Assembly (NCBI RefSeq): GCF_028641065.1
Contig: NC_073405.1
Coordinates: 19,902,001 to 19,966,000, forward strand
Length of the DNA stretch: 64,000 bases
Reading direction: 5' to 3'
Origin: Leucoraja erinacea
Taxonomy: Eukaryota
In this document: positions 48,198 through 61,439 of the stretch, one piece after another
How the letters are laid out: the number at the start of each line of letters is the position of its first letter
Numbering within the stretch: position 1 is the stretch's first letter
The notes under the pieces: generated by a model
The model's database searches: none
What the model saw: the letters and a program-made list of their open reading frames with translations, nothing else
What the model was told of the DNA's origin: nothing
Translations under genes and position numbers: made by a program

Positions 48198-48976
48198 TTA
48201 GTCATAATTTACTTGCTACAGTTATCAACTTCTGCCAAGATGATAATAACTGTGGCAAGTTGTCAAATTCTTGATAACAGGTGATTCCACCCAGTGAATC
48301 TGCACTGAATATCAATCACCCTTTACACCAATCTCATTGTCCTCTGCATCCCTACCACATTCGGGGCAATTGACCTTGGCCAGGTAACCTACATTTGCAC
48401 CTGTGGAAACCAGACTGAGGTTGAATCCACAGTGATATTCTGGACTGAACATCATGAGACATAGTGCAGACATGTCCCATTCTGAGATAGCTTCTCTGGT
48501 ACCGACAGGTACGTTCCATGGTCAAGAGTGTTTAATTGTCACGTGCACTGGGAACAGAATAATGAAATCCTTACTTGCAGCTGCTTTTACTGGCTATTTT
48601 CACCTTGGAGAAACCCAGCAAAGTCAATTATTCTCCAAAGGTCTCAATTTCAAATGCCCTAAAGAATCACCAACAAAAATGTTGGTGACATCAGCGTGAG
48701 ACTTTTGCTCGGCTGAGATTGTTGAGCAATCGCCAACAGGCCTCCTTCACATTTCGTGAGCACAAAATACACAATCCTGCCCTGATTTCTGTGTGGAGTG
48801 GGATTAGAAGCAATGTGTCAGCACAAGTCAATAGTCAGTCAATACTCAATGTCCGAACCGGCCCACATGCACAAGACGTCATATATCAGAGCCTCCAGGA
48901 CGAGCAGGGGGATATTTGACACACAATATCCATGTTTAACATCTTGACTAACCAACAAATCTGTTTCTTTATCTAG

Positions 48977-49106
48977 ACTCTGCCTGACGACGATTATTCC
49001 GACCCTTTCGATATCAGGCATGATTCCAGAGGTGAGGCCATTGACAAAGAGCTCATTGAGAACAACGGCTACATGGAACCATATGAAGCACAGAGAGTTA
49101 TAGCAG
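48977..49106 (+). CDS. Internal coding exon of an SHB/SHD/SHE/SHF-family SH2 adapter gene (best fit SHD or SHB)
   Basis: Acceptor ctgtttctttatctAG, donor CAG|GTAGGT; 130 nt, phase 0 to phase 1; translates TLPDDDYSDPFDIRHDSRGEAIDKELIENNGYMEPYEAQRVIA with the family YSDPFD and GYMEPYEAQ motifs. Paralogue not resolvable from one exon. Confidence 0.92.
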
Positions 49107-50774
49107 GTAGGTCAGTTTATGCTAATTGCAAAAGAACCAGACAAGAGGGACCATTGTTTATTTTTTAAGTGCATTGAGTTACAATCTATTGGCAGAGCTA
49201 AGGCTGATAGAGGTTTGACATTTTACTTGGTGTGTGCTCTTTGGAGAGAGAAGGCTGACATGTTCTCTGTGTTTCGAACAAGGTTACTTTTAAATTTAGC
49301 AGATACTCTTCTGGGACCATCACGCAAACAGTCACCTGGCTTCAGCACCATCTTGCCTTAAAGAAAAGGTGGTGGTTCACCAAAATACGTGGTGGTTCAC
49401 TGGAAGATTTTTAAAGGATAAAAGAAAACAATCAGGGAAATTCAACCTCAAAATGCAAGTTTTAATTTTGTGTTACACAATTGAAAATCTATTTCTCTGT
49501 AACCATATCTGGACCATTTTGCAACAGTCTGGGAATATTGTATTTGGCAGAGTCAGTGCTGAGAGAAGGTTCTGCAAAAGATACTTCAAACTTATATTTC
49601 TTAATAGACTGTTAAGGTTGAGATTTCTTGTGCAATGTTATTGTATGCATGGTATTGGGAAGCGCCTCATGGGTTGTGAGAGGGAAATGAGTGACTTAAG
49701 CCAAGTGCCTGATCATATTTCCAGTTATATCACTGGTCATTCCTGGAACAAGTGAATCTTTTCAAAACAATACAGGACTGGTATCCCATCCAGGTGAGTC
49801 ATTTCACCTTCCATCCGGGTCATCCTGACCTAGTCCACATCAATACTTCCTCCAACCCCAATCCCCACCAAGAACCAGTTCAGATCCACTGAGGCATGGA
49901 CCACCTGGCCTGTAAACCCCCATAGCCTTAAGGGAGATTTTGAATTGTGATAACCTGAAATGCCCTGAATGAAAGTGAAACAGAAATAGACACAAAGTGT
50001 TGGCATAATGTGGCAGATCAGCACTTTGTTTCTTTGTAGATAAACCGGCATCTGCAGCCCCTTCTTTCTACATGTACCCGAAGCAGTTTCAATAATAGTT
50101 TTAAAAGATAAATTGGATATTTATTTGAAAAGGAAAAACCTATGAAGAGCTCTGAGGACTGACAGAGGATGCACGAGTTGGGCAGATTTTGTAATGATAT
50201 TGCACGGGCACATGGGGTTTGGGCTACATTGTTCTCTCCATCTGTAGATATGCAGAGACTTTGTTTTCTGTGATTTTCATCGTATTTGGCAGGTTCAGTG
50301 CCGCGAGAAGGTTCTGCAGAACATATTGACACTTAGAACTTATATTGACTTCTTTCTCAATAGTCTGTTAAGGTTGAGGTTTCTTATTCAATGTTGTAAT
50401 TAATTGGTTATAAGGCATTTTGTGGCAGTGCACGCTAAGAGATGGGCAGTATCGCTGTGCCTTGTATTCTGATGCCTTTCCTTTTCATAACGATAGAAAT
50501 CCATACCACCCAGCTAATCTTTGAAAAAGCAAGGCGAGATTATTAATATAATAATTATCAAATATAATACATTCATTCGCAAGCTTTTCCCAGCTATTTT
50601 TTCACATGATAAGACTGAGAAAATGGAAGGCATTTCATTTCTGAAGTCCAAAGCTGAAGTATTACAAACACTACAAATTCAAAAATAAGACCAAGATTGT
50701 CTAAAATACTCAGTGAGGCCAGGCAGCATCTATGGAGAGAACAAATCTGGCAGTAGAAAACTGGGGATCAATAA

Positions 50775-51265
50775 TGCATTTTGGGAAGTTAGATCAGGCC
50801 AGGGCATACACAGTAAATGGCAGAGTTCTTGGGAGTGTTATTGAAGTGGGAGATCTTGGGGTTTAAGTCTATAGTTTCCTGAAAATTGGCAACACAGGTA
50901 GAGAGAATGGTGAAGAGGACATATAGTAGGCCTGCATTCATGGGCTGAGGCATTGATTATAGGAGTTAAGATATCATGTGCTTACAAATAGCTGGGTAGG
51001 ACGTACTTGGAGGACTGTGTGCAGTTCTGCTTGTCATGCTATAGGAAAGACGTGCTTAAGCTAGAAGTACTGAAAAGACTCACAGGAATATTGCTTGAGC
51101 TGCTGGACGAGTTATAAGGAATAATTGATACACTTGCACTTTTTTCCCCTGGAATAAAGGTTGTTGGAGATGGCATGATAAAGGTTTATAAAGTTATGCT
51201 GGGTATAGATGGGGTAGATAATGTTGTCCTGTACCCATGGTAGGTGAATCTAAAACTAGAGGGTG
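50775..51265 (+). mobile_element. Old CR1 RT C-terminal fragment
   Basis: Y.VNGRVLGSV.E..DLGV.V...LK, LGR.YLE.CVQF..S.YRKD remnants. Confidence 0.7.
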
Positions 51266-53034
51266 TTTGTTTGGATTGGTTTCTCTGCTGCCTAGTCTGG
51301 GTTTTACCAGGACCTTTCATTGTGGGCCCCATCACAGCCTTAGCACAGATATGAACCGAAGAGTCAAATTCAAAATGTACGCTGGGTTAATCTTAATAGC
51401 ACCTCCCAAATCCGCAACCTTTTACTACCAGAAAGGACACGAGCAGCAGGTGCATGGGAGCGGGAGCGCCATGCCTTTCTTGCTCCCCTTCAAGTCCTGT
51501 ACAATCCTGACTTGGCAAAGCTATGCATTTATTCATTCATGGTACTATCTATGCCATAGTCTCTTTCTTCTTGAAACTCTCTATGGCATAGCCTTGCAGG
51601 GGCACCTTCGCCACAAGGACCACATCTAATCAAACAAGTGGTTCACCACCACTACCACAAGGACAATGAGGGATGGATCATAAATGCTGCTATTTCCAGC
51701 AACATCCACTTCTGCAGAAATATGAAGAGGGAGTTGGCATTAACGTTTCATGTCAATGCTGCTGGATCACAATGCTCAATGATCTGCTGAATACATACAG
51801 TATGTTCTGTTTTTAAATTTTAAATCATCTCCATTCAGAATACTCTGGACGATCTCAGGTGTGAAATATTCTGTTCATTTTCAAACGAGAAGGCTGGCAC
51901 ATGGGCCATGCTTGATTTTCTTCCTATTGAATGTAGATTTTAATAGATGGATTGGTGCCAAGTTAATTGAAAGAAGCCAGGAGAGGATCCGGCTCTTCTA
52001 TGAATTAATCGGAAGGACCTCAAAGCTGCTTCCCACTCTTCCCTTCCTAGCAAACCCTTTAATTTGAAACGTTCCCCTCGACTGCCTCTCGGTTTCCATC
52101 ATCCTATCTCCTGCCTCTTTCAATTAACTTGCGCACTGCTCATTGACCTTGCAGCCTTTGTTTCGATCGTTGCTGTAAGGGGACTCAGTGAAAGATGCTG
52201 AATAAATTCTGTCTTCATTAAAAAGAAACAGCAAAATATTTTCAATTGCAAACAGGGGCGTGTTTCGTACAGAGGCTGTGTGTTACGGTGCAAGTCTACC
52301 CTGGGTCGAGAATACACCAAGGCAAGGTTGAAATCATTGCGGACTATAATCCTACAGGTTAAAACATCTATGATCACATGTCGTGCAGAAGGGAATCTGA
52401 CTGTTGTTCACCATGAACTCATGGCTTTGTCCATCGATGCTGTTGCGCAGTAATGGATTGGTGTAATGTAGAGATTTCTGAGCATCAACTCATTTTGAGT
52501 GGATTATACTGAATTGATTTGTATTATTGTATCAGTATATTAAACTCAAGTTAAGTTTGCATTAAGCCCTGATGGTGTTGAGCAGTGGGATCCGACATAT
52601 GACATTGCTCGCTGTCAGCCTACCCTTTAACTAGGGCCTTAATTGTTTTTTAATGACTCCAGAAAATACTTACCACCAATCATCACCAAGCCGCCTCCAA
52701 ATTACTGGGAAACCTGCTACTTGTTATCTTCCTCATTCAAAATAGGTCAATTACTGTCACTAAATTAAGAGTTAAATCCAGGACGTTACTGTAAAATGTC
52801 CTCAACAAGCAGGAGTTTGAGACGGAGAAATAAATTAAAAAACACCGTGTTAAATGAAATCCAACACTCAATTACAAGTTCACATTATAGGAGTAGAATT
52901 AGGCCATTTGGCCCATCGAGTCTACTCCGCCATTCAATCATGGCTGATCGCTGCCTCCTAATCCAATTTTCCTGCCTTCTCCACATCAGGGCAGCCAACA
53001 TTGGGTGAGAAATTGCGAGGGTGCGCAGCGTCCA

Positions 53035-53088
<54 letters not shown>
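53035..53088. repeat. Poly-G homopolymer
   Basis: Direct reading; length may be an assembly artefact. Confidence 0.85.
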
Positions 53089-53531
53089 AGCGTAGAGAGG
53101 TGATTTTGCATTTTGAAGCTTAAAATTATGCAATCTGGTGCATACTGTAGCGAGTCGTTTAAATCACACTTGAATGCAACATTTATGCTTTAAATTGGAT
53201 TCGGTATAAATAAGGTTAGGCTAAGTTACATTCCACAGTAGATCCAGGCTGTGATCAACAGGTGCAGCACATGAATGACTTTAGTATATTCATGTATGGA
53301 AATCAGATTATAATTCATGCTGTTATGCATATATATAGAGGAAAAAAAACAGAAACAAGGCAAGAGGAGTCAGACTTCCATCACTGTTCTGCACAAATAA
53401 ATTAATCAACCTTAACCTTTGACTAGAGAAATAAGACAAAAATAATGCCATATATTCGAACAAGTATATGGTTCAATGAAATTAAGATATTTATGTAAAA
53501 CATATATTTTATTATTATTATTTTCTGAGGA

Positions 53532-54383
53532 CAATCAATCAATCAATCAACCTTTATTGTCATCTTGCAAGCAACAGTTGTACAGTGCAAAATGAAAAGA
53601 CGTTTCCCAGGGAATACCGGAGCATCGCACATGAAATTTAAAACATTTCACACATAATAACACTAAAAACAATCCAGTCCCTGATGGAACAGTATAAATA
53701 GTTAAAAGCAGGTAAAACAACAACGTTAAAATACAATAAACCAATCATAAAAATGTCCGGGGCAGCTGATTTGAGTGGCCAGTGCCAGTTATTAAAGTGT
53801 CCGTGCCAAGCCGCAGAATCAAGTGACTGTGAGTACTGAGTGACTGTTTAGCAGCCTCACAGCCTGTGGTAGGAAGCTGTTTAGCAGTCTTGTAGTCCGG
53901 GCTTTGATGCTTCGATATCTCTTGCCTGATGGCAGGAGATCCAGGTGTATGTGGAGGGGGTGCAGCTTGTCCTTAGCAATTCTCTGAGCTTTTTTCAGAC
54001 AGCGGCTCTGGAACAGTTCTTGTACCGAGGGTAGGGAGACGCCAATGATCCTCTCTGCTCCCCTCACTACCCTCTGCAGAGCCTTCCTGTCCGAGCAGTT
54101 GCAGGTGGAGTACCACGTATTTATGCAGTACGTGAGTACAGACTCCACCGTACCCCTGTAGAAAGTCCTGAGGATGTTGGTGGGGAGTGAGGCCTGTTTT
54201 AGTTTCCTCAGGAAGTGCAGTCGCTGATGGGCCCGTTTGACGGTCCCAGTGGTGTTCCTGGACCAGGTGAGGCTGTCTGTAATTTGCACACCGAGGAACT
54301 TTATGCTCTCCACTCTCTCCACTGTAGTGCCACTGATGTTGAGGGGTGTATGCTTTGGCTGCGCCCTCCTGAAGTCGACAATA
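53532..54383 (-). mobile_element. 5'-truncated, young Rex1/Babar-like LINE (open RT C-terminal, DUF1891-type region)
   Basis: IVDFRR...VERVESIKFLGVQITDSLTWS...AHQRLHFLRKLK...FYRGTVESVLTYCI..WY...LLPSGKRYRSI uninterrupted in ORF 53819..54439; 3' UTR ends aataaagg(ttga)n. Confidence 0.9.
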
Positions 54384-54384
54384 T

Positions 54385-54662
54385 AGATAGAAACAGGCCC
54401 TTCAGCCCAACAAGTCCACACTGACCAGCAATCTACCATACACCAGTTCTATCCTAAACGCCAGGGACAATTTGCAGAAGCCAATTAACCTACAAACCTA
54501 CACTTCTTTCGGATGTGGGTGAAACCGGATAACCGGCGAAAACCCATATGGTCATAGGGAGAATGTACAAATTCTGTACAGACAGCACCCGTAGTCAGGA
54601 TCAAATCTGGATCTGTGGTGCTGTAAGGCAGCAACTCTACTGCTGCGCCACCGTGCCACCCC
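54385..54662 (-). mobile_element. HE1-type V-SINE
   Basis: Reverse complement, head ends at ...cgtgccaccc. Confidence 0.85.
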
Positions 54663-54804
54663 ATTAAATTCTTTTTTCTGTAATATATTTATTATGGTGT
54701 CACATCAATGAAGATAAACACATGATTCTGATTTCTGCCCTTAGTTGGATAACAAACATCTCCAGTCATTGTGTTTTACATCTATATGGCAGGTATTCAA
54801 CCTC

Positions 54805-54937
54805 TTCAGTCTGAAGGGTCTCGACCCGAAACATCACCATTCTTTCTCTCCAGAGATGCTGCCTGTCCCGCTGAGTTATCCCAGCTTTTTGTGTCTATCT
54901 TCAGTTTAAACCAGCACCTGCAGTTCTCTCCTACACT
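54805..54937 (+). mobile_element. Penelope-like terminal repeat
   Basis: ctgaagggtctcgacccgaaacatcacc...ccagcacctgcagttc. Confidence 0.7.
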
Positions 54938-55139
54938 CTTTGTTAAGCGAAACAGGTCCTATTCGCATAATATTATTCACCTCAACTAAATTATTTTCTT
55001 CACCTCCGTTGCTGCAGAGAATACAATCCCAGTTATCAAATCTTTCTTCAAAGTTAAAAAAAAAATTCTAACCATGCCAACATCTTCATAAATCGCCCCT
55101 GGATCCTCTCCAGAGCAATTGCACCCTTTCTACAATGTG

Positions 55140-55408
55140 TCATAGTCTTACAGCATGGAAACAGGCCCTTCATCCCAATGTTTCCTGCAGGTCAAGATGC
55201 CCCATCTAAACTAGTCCCACTTATCCGCATTGGGCCAATATGGCCCTTTAAACCTTTCCTGTCCACATACCTGTCCAAATGTATTTTAATCGCTGCCATT
55301 TTACCTGCCTACTTCACCTGGCAGCTCGTTCCACAAACCCACCATCCTCTGCGTGAAAATGTTGTCCCTGAGGTTCCTATTAAATCGTTCCTCTCTCACT
55401 TTAAACCA
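55140..55408 (-). mobile_element. CR1 LINE 3' end
   Basis: Reverse complement of the CR1 tail. Confidence 0.7.
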
Positions 55409-56033
55409 GGGGTGTCAAACTCATTAGTGAGAGTGAGGGGGTGTGCGAGGGTGTGTGTGTGAGAGTGTGTGTGAATGTCAGTATGTCGGCACAACTTGTC
55501 CTGATATATGGGAGTGAAGGGATTCCCAAATTTGGTCAGTTGGGATTTATTGGTCGTCTGAACTAACTTCAGGCAGCCCCGACATTCCCTCTCCTTCTAT
55601 CCCTCAGTTTAAACCAGCCTCTGCAGTTACTTCTTGTATATATATATATATATATTTTATATACACACACACACTGAACATTTTTTTCTTGTTTATTATA
55701 TTATGGACAGTGCTGTGTTTACTACTACTGCCAGTAGGAATTTCAGGATAGTGTTAGTGTGCGGGGATTGCTCACTTCAGGTAGCCCCGGCATTCCCCCT
55801 CTCTCTCTCTCTCACCAGCTCGTTCTCATCCAACAATGGCCTGTTTCCTTTATCATTGTTACTTTTTTGCATATCTTTTATTCATTGTTCTTTACATCAT
55901 CACCCATATCTCCCGTGACCTTCAGTGTGAAGAAGGCTCGGCCCGAATCTACGAATCAGAGATTATTATGAGAACAATAAAATAATATTATCTAATTTTA
56001 TATTGTGATCATTTTTAAATGGTGAATTAGGGA

Positions 56034-56265
56034 AGGGCACCTGTAAATGGGATTTAGAGGAGGGCACCTGTAAATGGGATTTAGAGGAGGGCACCTGTAA
56101 ATGGGGATTTAGAGGAGGGCACCTGTAAATGGGATTTAGAGGAGGGCACCTGTAAATGGGATTTAGAGGAGGGCACCTGTAAATGGGATTTAGAGGAGGG
56201 CACCTGTAAATGGGATTTAGAGGAGGGCACCTGTAAATGGGATTTAGAGGAGGGCATCTGTAAAT
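56034..56265. repeat. 27-bp minisatellite, about 8.5 copies (two more degenerate copies at 56898-56957)
   Basis: Unit agggcacctgtaaatgggatttagagg at 56034, 56061, 56088, 56116, 56143, 56170, 56197, 56224, 56251. Confidence 0.95.
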
Positions 56266-56890
56266 AGACAATAGACAATAGACAGACAATAGGTGGAGTA
56301 GGCCATTCAGCCCTTCGAGCCAGCACCACCATTCAATGTGATCATCGCTGATCATCCCCAATCAGCACCCCGTTCCTGCCTTCTCCACATATCTCCTGAC
56401 TGCTATTTTTTAAGAGCCCTATCTAGCTCTCTTGAAAGCATCCAGAGAACCTGCCCCCACTGCCATCTGAGGCAGAGAATTTCACACTCACCATTCTCTA
56501 TGAGAAAAAGTGTTTCCTCGTAACCGTTCTAAATGGCTTACTCCTTATTCTTAAACTGTGGCCCCTGGTTCTGGACTCCCCCAACATCGGGAACATGTTT
56601 CCTGCCTCTAGCGAGTCCAAACCCTTAAAATCGTATATGTTTCAATGAGATTCCCTTTCATCCTTCTAAACTCCAGTGTACAAGCCCAGCTGCTCCATTC
56701 TCTCAGCATGAAAAGTCCCGCCATCCCGGGAATTAACCTTGTAAACCTATGCTGCACTCACTCAATAGCAAGAATGTCCTTCCTCAAATTAGGGGACCAA
56801 AACTGCACACATTACTCCAGGTGTGGTCTCACTAGGGCTCTGTACAACTGCAGAATGACCTCTTTGCTCGTATATTCCTCTTGTTATAAA
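56266..56890 (-). mobile_element. CR1 LINE 3' fragment inserted in the minisatellite
   Basis: (tagacaa)n tail; reverse complement reads LQLYRALVRPHLE.CVQFWSPNLRKDILAIE. Confidence 0.85.
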
Positions 56891-57249
56891 TGTGGTGGTT
56901 TAGGGGAGGGCACCTATAAATGGAGGAATTAAAGGGAGGGCACCTGTAAATGGGAATCCAACCACAGGCCCCCTTATACGTATCAGTTGTACGCTACATT
57001 TTGCCCTTCTGTAACCCCTTCCCCCCTCCCGTCCAGTTCCTCTCAATGTCCCCTCATGGTGCCTCATGGTGCCTATGCTTTCAATACCATTCAGAATCAT
57101 TCATGAGACCATCTTCTAAAGTCATAGTCAGGTAGTACCAATAATTGCCTTTCCATCCATTGTGTCTGCACCAACCATCAATCTTGTATATCACTTTATT
57201 CTCTCCACATCGCCCTCAGATCACTCCTCCATCCCAAATTCTAACACTC

Positions 57250-57790
57250 ACTTATATGCTGAGAGTAATTTACAGTGGCCAATTAAACTATTAACCCGCA
57301 CCTCTTTGGGAGGTGGGAGGACACCAGAGCACCCAAGGAAATGCACAGGGTCAGAGGGACAACGTGCAAACTCCGCCCAGACAACTCCTGAGGTCAGGAT
57401 TGAACCAGCATCACTGGAGCTGTGATGCAGAACCTGTATTAGCTGTGCCACCCAAACTCCAATTGTATTCAATCTTTCCATAGGATAATCATCTCATTCT
57501 AGTAATCAGCCAAGCCAATACATATACCACTGATGCCAAATTAAGCTTACTCTGGGCATACAGAGATCAAAGCAGCTTAAAGTATTCCCAATGTGCGTTT
57601 TCCCTGTGACCTGCATGGGTATTCCCCGGGAGCTTCAGTTTCCCCTCAACACTCCAAAGATGCATATTTTTGTAGGTTGATTGGCTTGGTAAAGTTGTTA
57701 ATGGGCCCTAGTGTGTATAAAATAGTTTAATGTGCGGGGTCCGCTGGTCGGCATGGACTAGGTGGGCCTGTTTCAGCGCTGTATTCTAAA
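57250..57790. mobile_element. Two diverged V-SINE copies (- at 57250-57452, + at 57595-57790)
   Basis: V-domain matches in opposite orientations. Confidence 0.6.
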
Positions 57791-58470
57791 AAAACTTGTT
57801 TTTAAATAAGAAGTTTGTTGGGGGTTCACTACCTCTCTAGGGTTTCACACTTCAGTCTACATTGGCTCACCCAGGAAACTAAACTGAAATGTCGCATTTT
57901 GAACCGAATATTGAATTCTGGTCCCATCTCTTTGATTTCAAGAAATCATTTCAAGAAATACATTGCACTTTCACACCTTGGCAATTAATGAAGGAACGGG
58001 ATCATCAGTTGTCATCTTGTCACCAGAGCTGAGCTTAAGCTGTCAGGTGTTTTGCCCAATGATACTGTTGATGTCTTTGGCAGTTCAGTAAAGGTTAATT
58101 GTAAAATTGCTACACTCATAATGAGTTCGATTAACCTATTAAAAGGAGTCAGCCACCTGTGTACTGTTCGGCTTCTATTGATGAACCTTCCTGCATCAAA
58201 GATAGAGGCTTAACGACTAAGTGTACTGAGGAAATATGTGTACTTTCTGGAGAGAAACAGAGAACCAGAAGCAGCTTGCAACCCCTGAGAGTCTGTGATA
58301 TTACCTCTCGATATCAATATCACCAGTGCATATTGTTTCTTAGTCCTTTTGCTTTATCTCTTGTTACATAAATGTGTGCGTTCTGATTTTGCTATACTGT
58401 ACAGGTGTATGTTGTCGCTTGATAACACTCCAAATAAGTTCTGAACTACATAGATGGGGCCATTGGTTCT

Positions 58471-58640
58471 NNNNNNNNNNNNNNNNNNNNNNNNNNNNNN
58501 NNNNNNNNNNNNNNNNNNNNNNNNNNNNNNNNNNNNNNNNNNNNNNNNNNNNNNNNNNNNNNNNNNNNNNNNNNNNNNNNNNNNNNNNNNNNNNNNNNNN
58601 NNNNNNNNNNNNNNNNNNNNNNNNNNNNNNNNNNNNNNNN
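58471..58640. other. Assembly gap (170 N)
   Basis: Run of n, abutting a Penelope-type repeat. Confidence 1.
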
Positions 58641-60091
58641 NATGCTGAAGTAACTCAGCGGGACAGGCAGTATCTCTGGAGAGAAGGAACGAGAGACGTT
58701 TGGGGTCAAATCCCTTATTCAGTTTGATCTGATATATAAAATCGAAGATAGACAGAAAACGCTGGAGTAACAGTCTGAAGTTATCCTACAATCGTGTGTA
58801 TGTTTCGGTCTCCTCTTCAAAGTAAAATGTACCTGCCACATAGGGATGCAACAGACATTAGCCAGAATGGTTCCTTAGAACACGGATTTGCCATATGAGG
58901 AGTGATTGAGTAGACCGACCGGCCTGTCACCTCGATAGTTGAGAACAATGAGATTAGAACCAGACATGACGTTCTTAAAATAAGGCACTAGTCTATTTTG
59001 GCCTGGGATGACACAGAATTTATTTCCTCAAATCTATCGAAGTCTCTTCCCCCGAGCACCATAAAGGCTTCATTATTGAGCTTGTATAGATTTTTGGATA
59101 TTAAGGAAATCGAGGGATACGGGGGAAGTACAGGAATGATCAACCATGAACTTGCATGCTGGAGCCAGCACAAAAGGGTATACTATACCTCTGTTTCTAA
59201 TTTGTATGCTGTACAAGCATGATATTGCCTTATGTAATATTATTTTACAGTAATGCGCACTGTCTCATTATTTTACAAAGCTTTGTTCAGGCACTTGCCA
59301 TGTTACAGAATGTCTACTGCCTCCATTATAATAAGGAGTTTATACAACATCATCTTTTCCTGAAGGCATATAAACTGCCCCTTCTTACAACATGGGGCCG
59401 CACACTGCCTTTTGTTACACTGCAGAGGTACATGTGGCCTCCATTATGGGGTGTGTACCACCTCTGTTCTTTAATAGGAGTATAAATTGTAGATGTTAAT
59501 ATATTTCTCATTATGTTTTATAATTTATGTTACCGACTTTATTAACCAGTATGGACATTGTATCCACCATTTTACAGCTAATGTTTGTTGCCTCTTGTGT
59601 CTTATATGGTATACATTCTCTCTTTCTATCTAATGTTATCTGCTCTGCTTCTCTCTGTAATGAAAGTCTTAAAGAAACCATGGAAAGAAATAGAATTGCT
59701 GTCAATTTATTTTTAAATTATAAGCATGCACCGTCCACATTTATAATGGATAGTACCCTTGTAAACACTGCAGGGTTAAGTTGATTTCAGTGTGACCAGT
59801 TAATGTAGGCAGTTTTCATTATTAATGTGGGCACAAGAATTAATAATAAATAATATGAAGACAAAGACAAATGTGTGACTTGTTGTGGAAGCTGAATTAT
59901 ATCGGCATTTACAAGTTCCCAGCCCTTGCACAAAAACAAAGGAAATAACAAAGAGGTAGATCTCCGGACCCCTCAAGCCTGCCACGAGGTTCAAAATGAT
60001 CTGCCCCAGGCCTCGTCTCCTCTTTTGTGCCAATTTATCCCTATTGCTCCAAATCTGATCTTTCAAAAATTCTTCTTTCCTCTCTCTAGGT

Positions 60092-60123
<32 letters not shown>

Positions 60124-61149
60124 ATGATCAAGCCTCCATAACACTTTGAGATAGAAAGTACCTGATACATTGACCTGTGGGAAGAAATTCCTATGCGCCT
60201 TCGATTTAATTGACCGCCCTTGTGTTCTGTAACTATGCCACCTCTTTCTCCATAGAATGCAGATAAAACTTTATTCAATAGATACTATAGGAATGAGCTT
60301 AGTGAATTTGTCCTGGCTTGCTTCCTGAGATTCTAGTTCAATAACACTTGGATCCATTCCTCATGCTCATTTATAAATCTCTCTCCATTTGGATAATAGC
60401 CAGCCTTTACTGAAGTGCATGACCTTACACTTTTCTACATTAAACTCTGTTTGCTGAAAATGTCTTAACTCTTTTTCTAGATTAACTGAAACTTAGGTTA
60501 ATATGCCATGAAACTGAACTGAAATTGTCATAATCAAACCACTGTACACACTGTAGCTTTAAACTACTCCTTGCAGTTTTAAAATTACAGGTAGAGCTTT
60601 TAATCATCATTCTCAGTAGCTATTAGTTCTATCTTCTTCACCAGATGGAAGGGAGCAGGCAATGTACAACTTTAAAGAGAAATGAGTTGAGATCAGGATG
60701 ATGTCATTAGAATAGTAATAAAGCACAGAGTCATTTTCTGTGCAGTTAAAAGGTAATGCAACCAGTATGTTTAGTACAAGCTGATCTATATCCTTGTATG
60801 CTTTACCAGAATTAAACCAGGAATAGGTCAAGACCCTTCTTTAGACTGAAGAAGTCCCGACCCAAAACGTCACCTATCCTTATTCTCCAGAGAAGCTGCC
60901 TCATCCGCTGAGTTACTCCAACACTTTGTGTCTACCTTCAGCTCCTGAGACAAACTAACTCTTCCTACACTGCTTAATATTGAACTCTTCTGAATCCTGA
61001 CGCCTGAAAATGTTATGTCTACATGAATGTCGGAACCTGCTGTTGCTATTTGAACATGAACTTAAAAACTCAACAAAGGCATATTTCTGGATTTGGAATG
61101 CACTTCCTGATCTGCATAAATGGAAGGTTGCACACCTGCTACTGTAATG

Positions 61150-61400
61150 TACCATAATTCTGAAATGTTCACCCTTATTTTAAAGCCTTCCATGATCTCA
61201 CTCCTCCCTATCAGTGAAATCTCCCCAGCCCTATAATTGTACGGTTACATTGCTCCACTAATTCTGGTCACTTGATCTACATCGAAATTAATCAATCCAC
61301 CGCTGTTGGCAGGGATTTCAGCTGTCATTGCCCTAAGCCTAAGCCGTGAAATTTCCCACCTAAAGATCTTTGCTTCTAGAGCTCTCTTCCACTTGCAAAT
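61150..61400 (+). mobile_element. Ancient L2 LINE 3' fragment
   Basis: L.LKAFHDLTPPY...QPYN...STNSG.L...STAVGRDFSC remnants. Confidence 0.5.
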
Positions 61401-61439
61401 ATGTTTCGCTGATCACCTTCGCTGTCCACCGGTTGGTAA

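Noticed and set aside
48719-48919. ORF just upstream of the SH2-adapter exon as an additional exon
   Set aside because: No family similarity, no donor site, and stops intervene before the acceptor.
56034-56265. CRISPR-like array or repeat protein (ORFs 55966..56361, 56081..56332)
   Set aside because: Units are contiguous with no unique spacers, and the ORFs are a by-product of a 27-bp unit.
58374-58727. ORFs spanning the N run
   Set aside because: Artefacts of the assembly gap.
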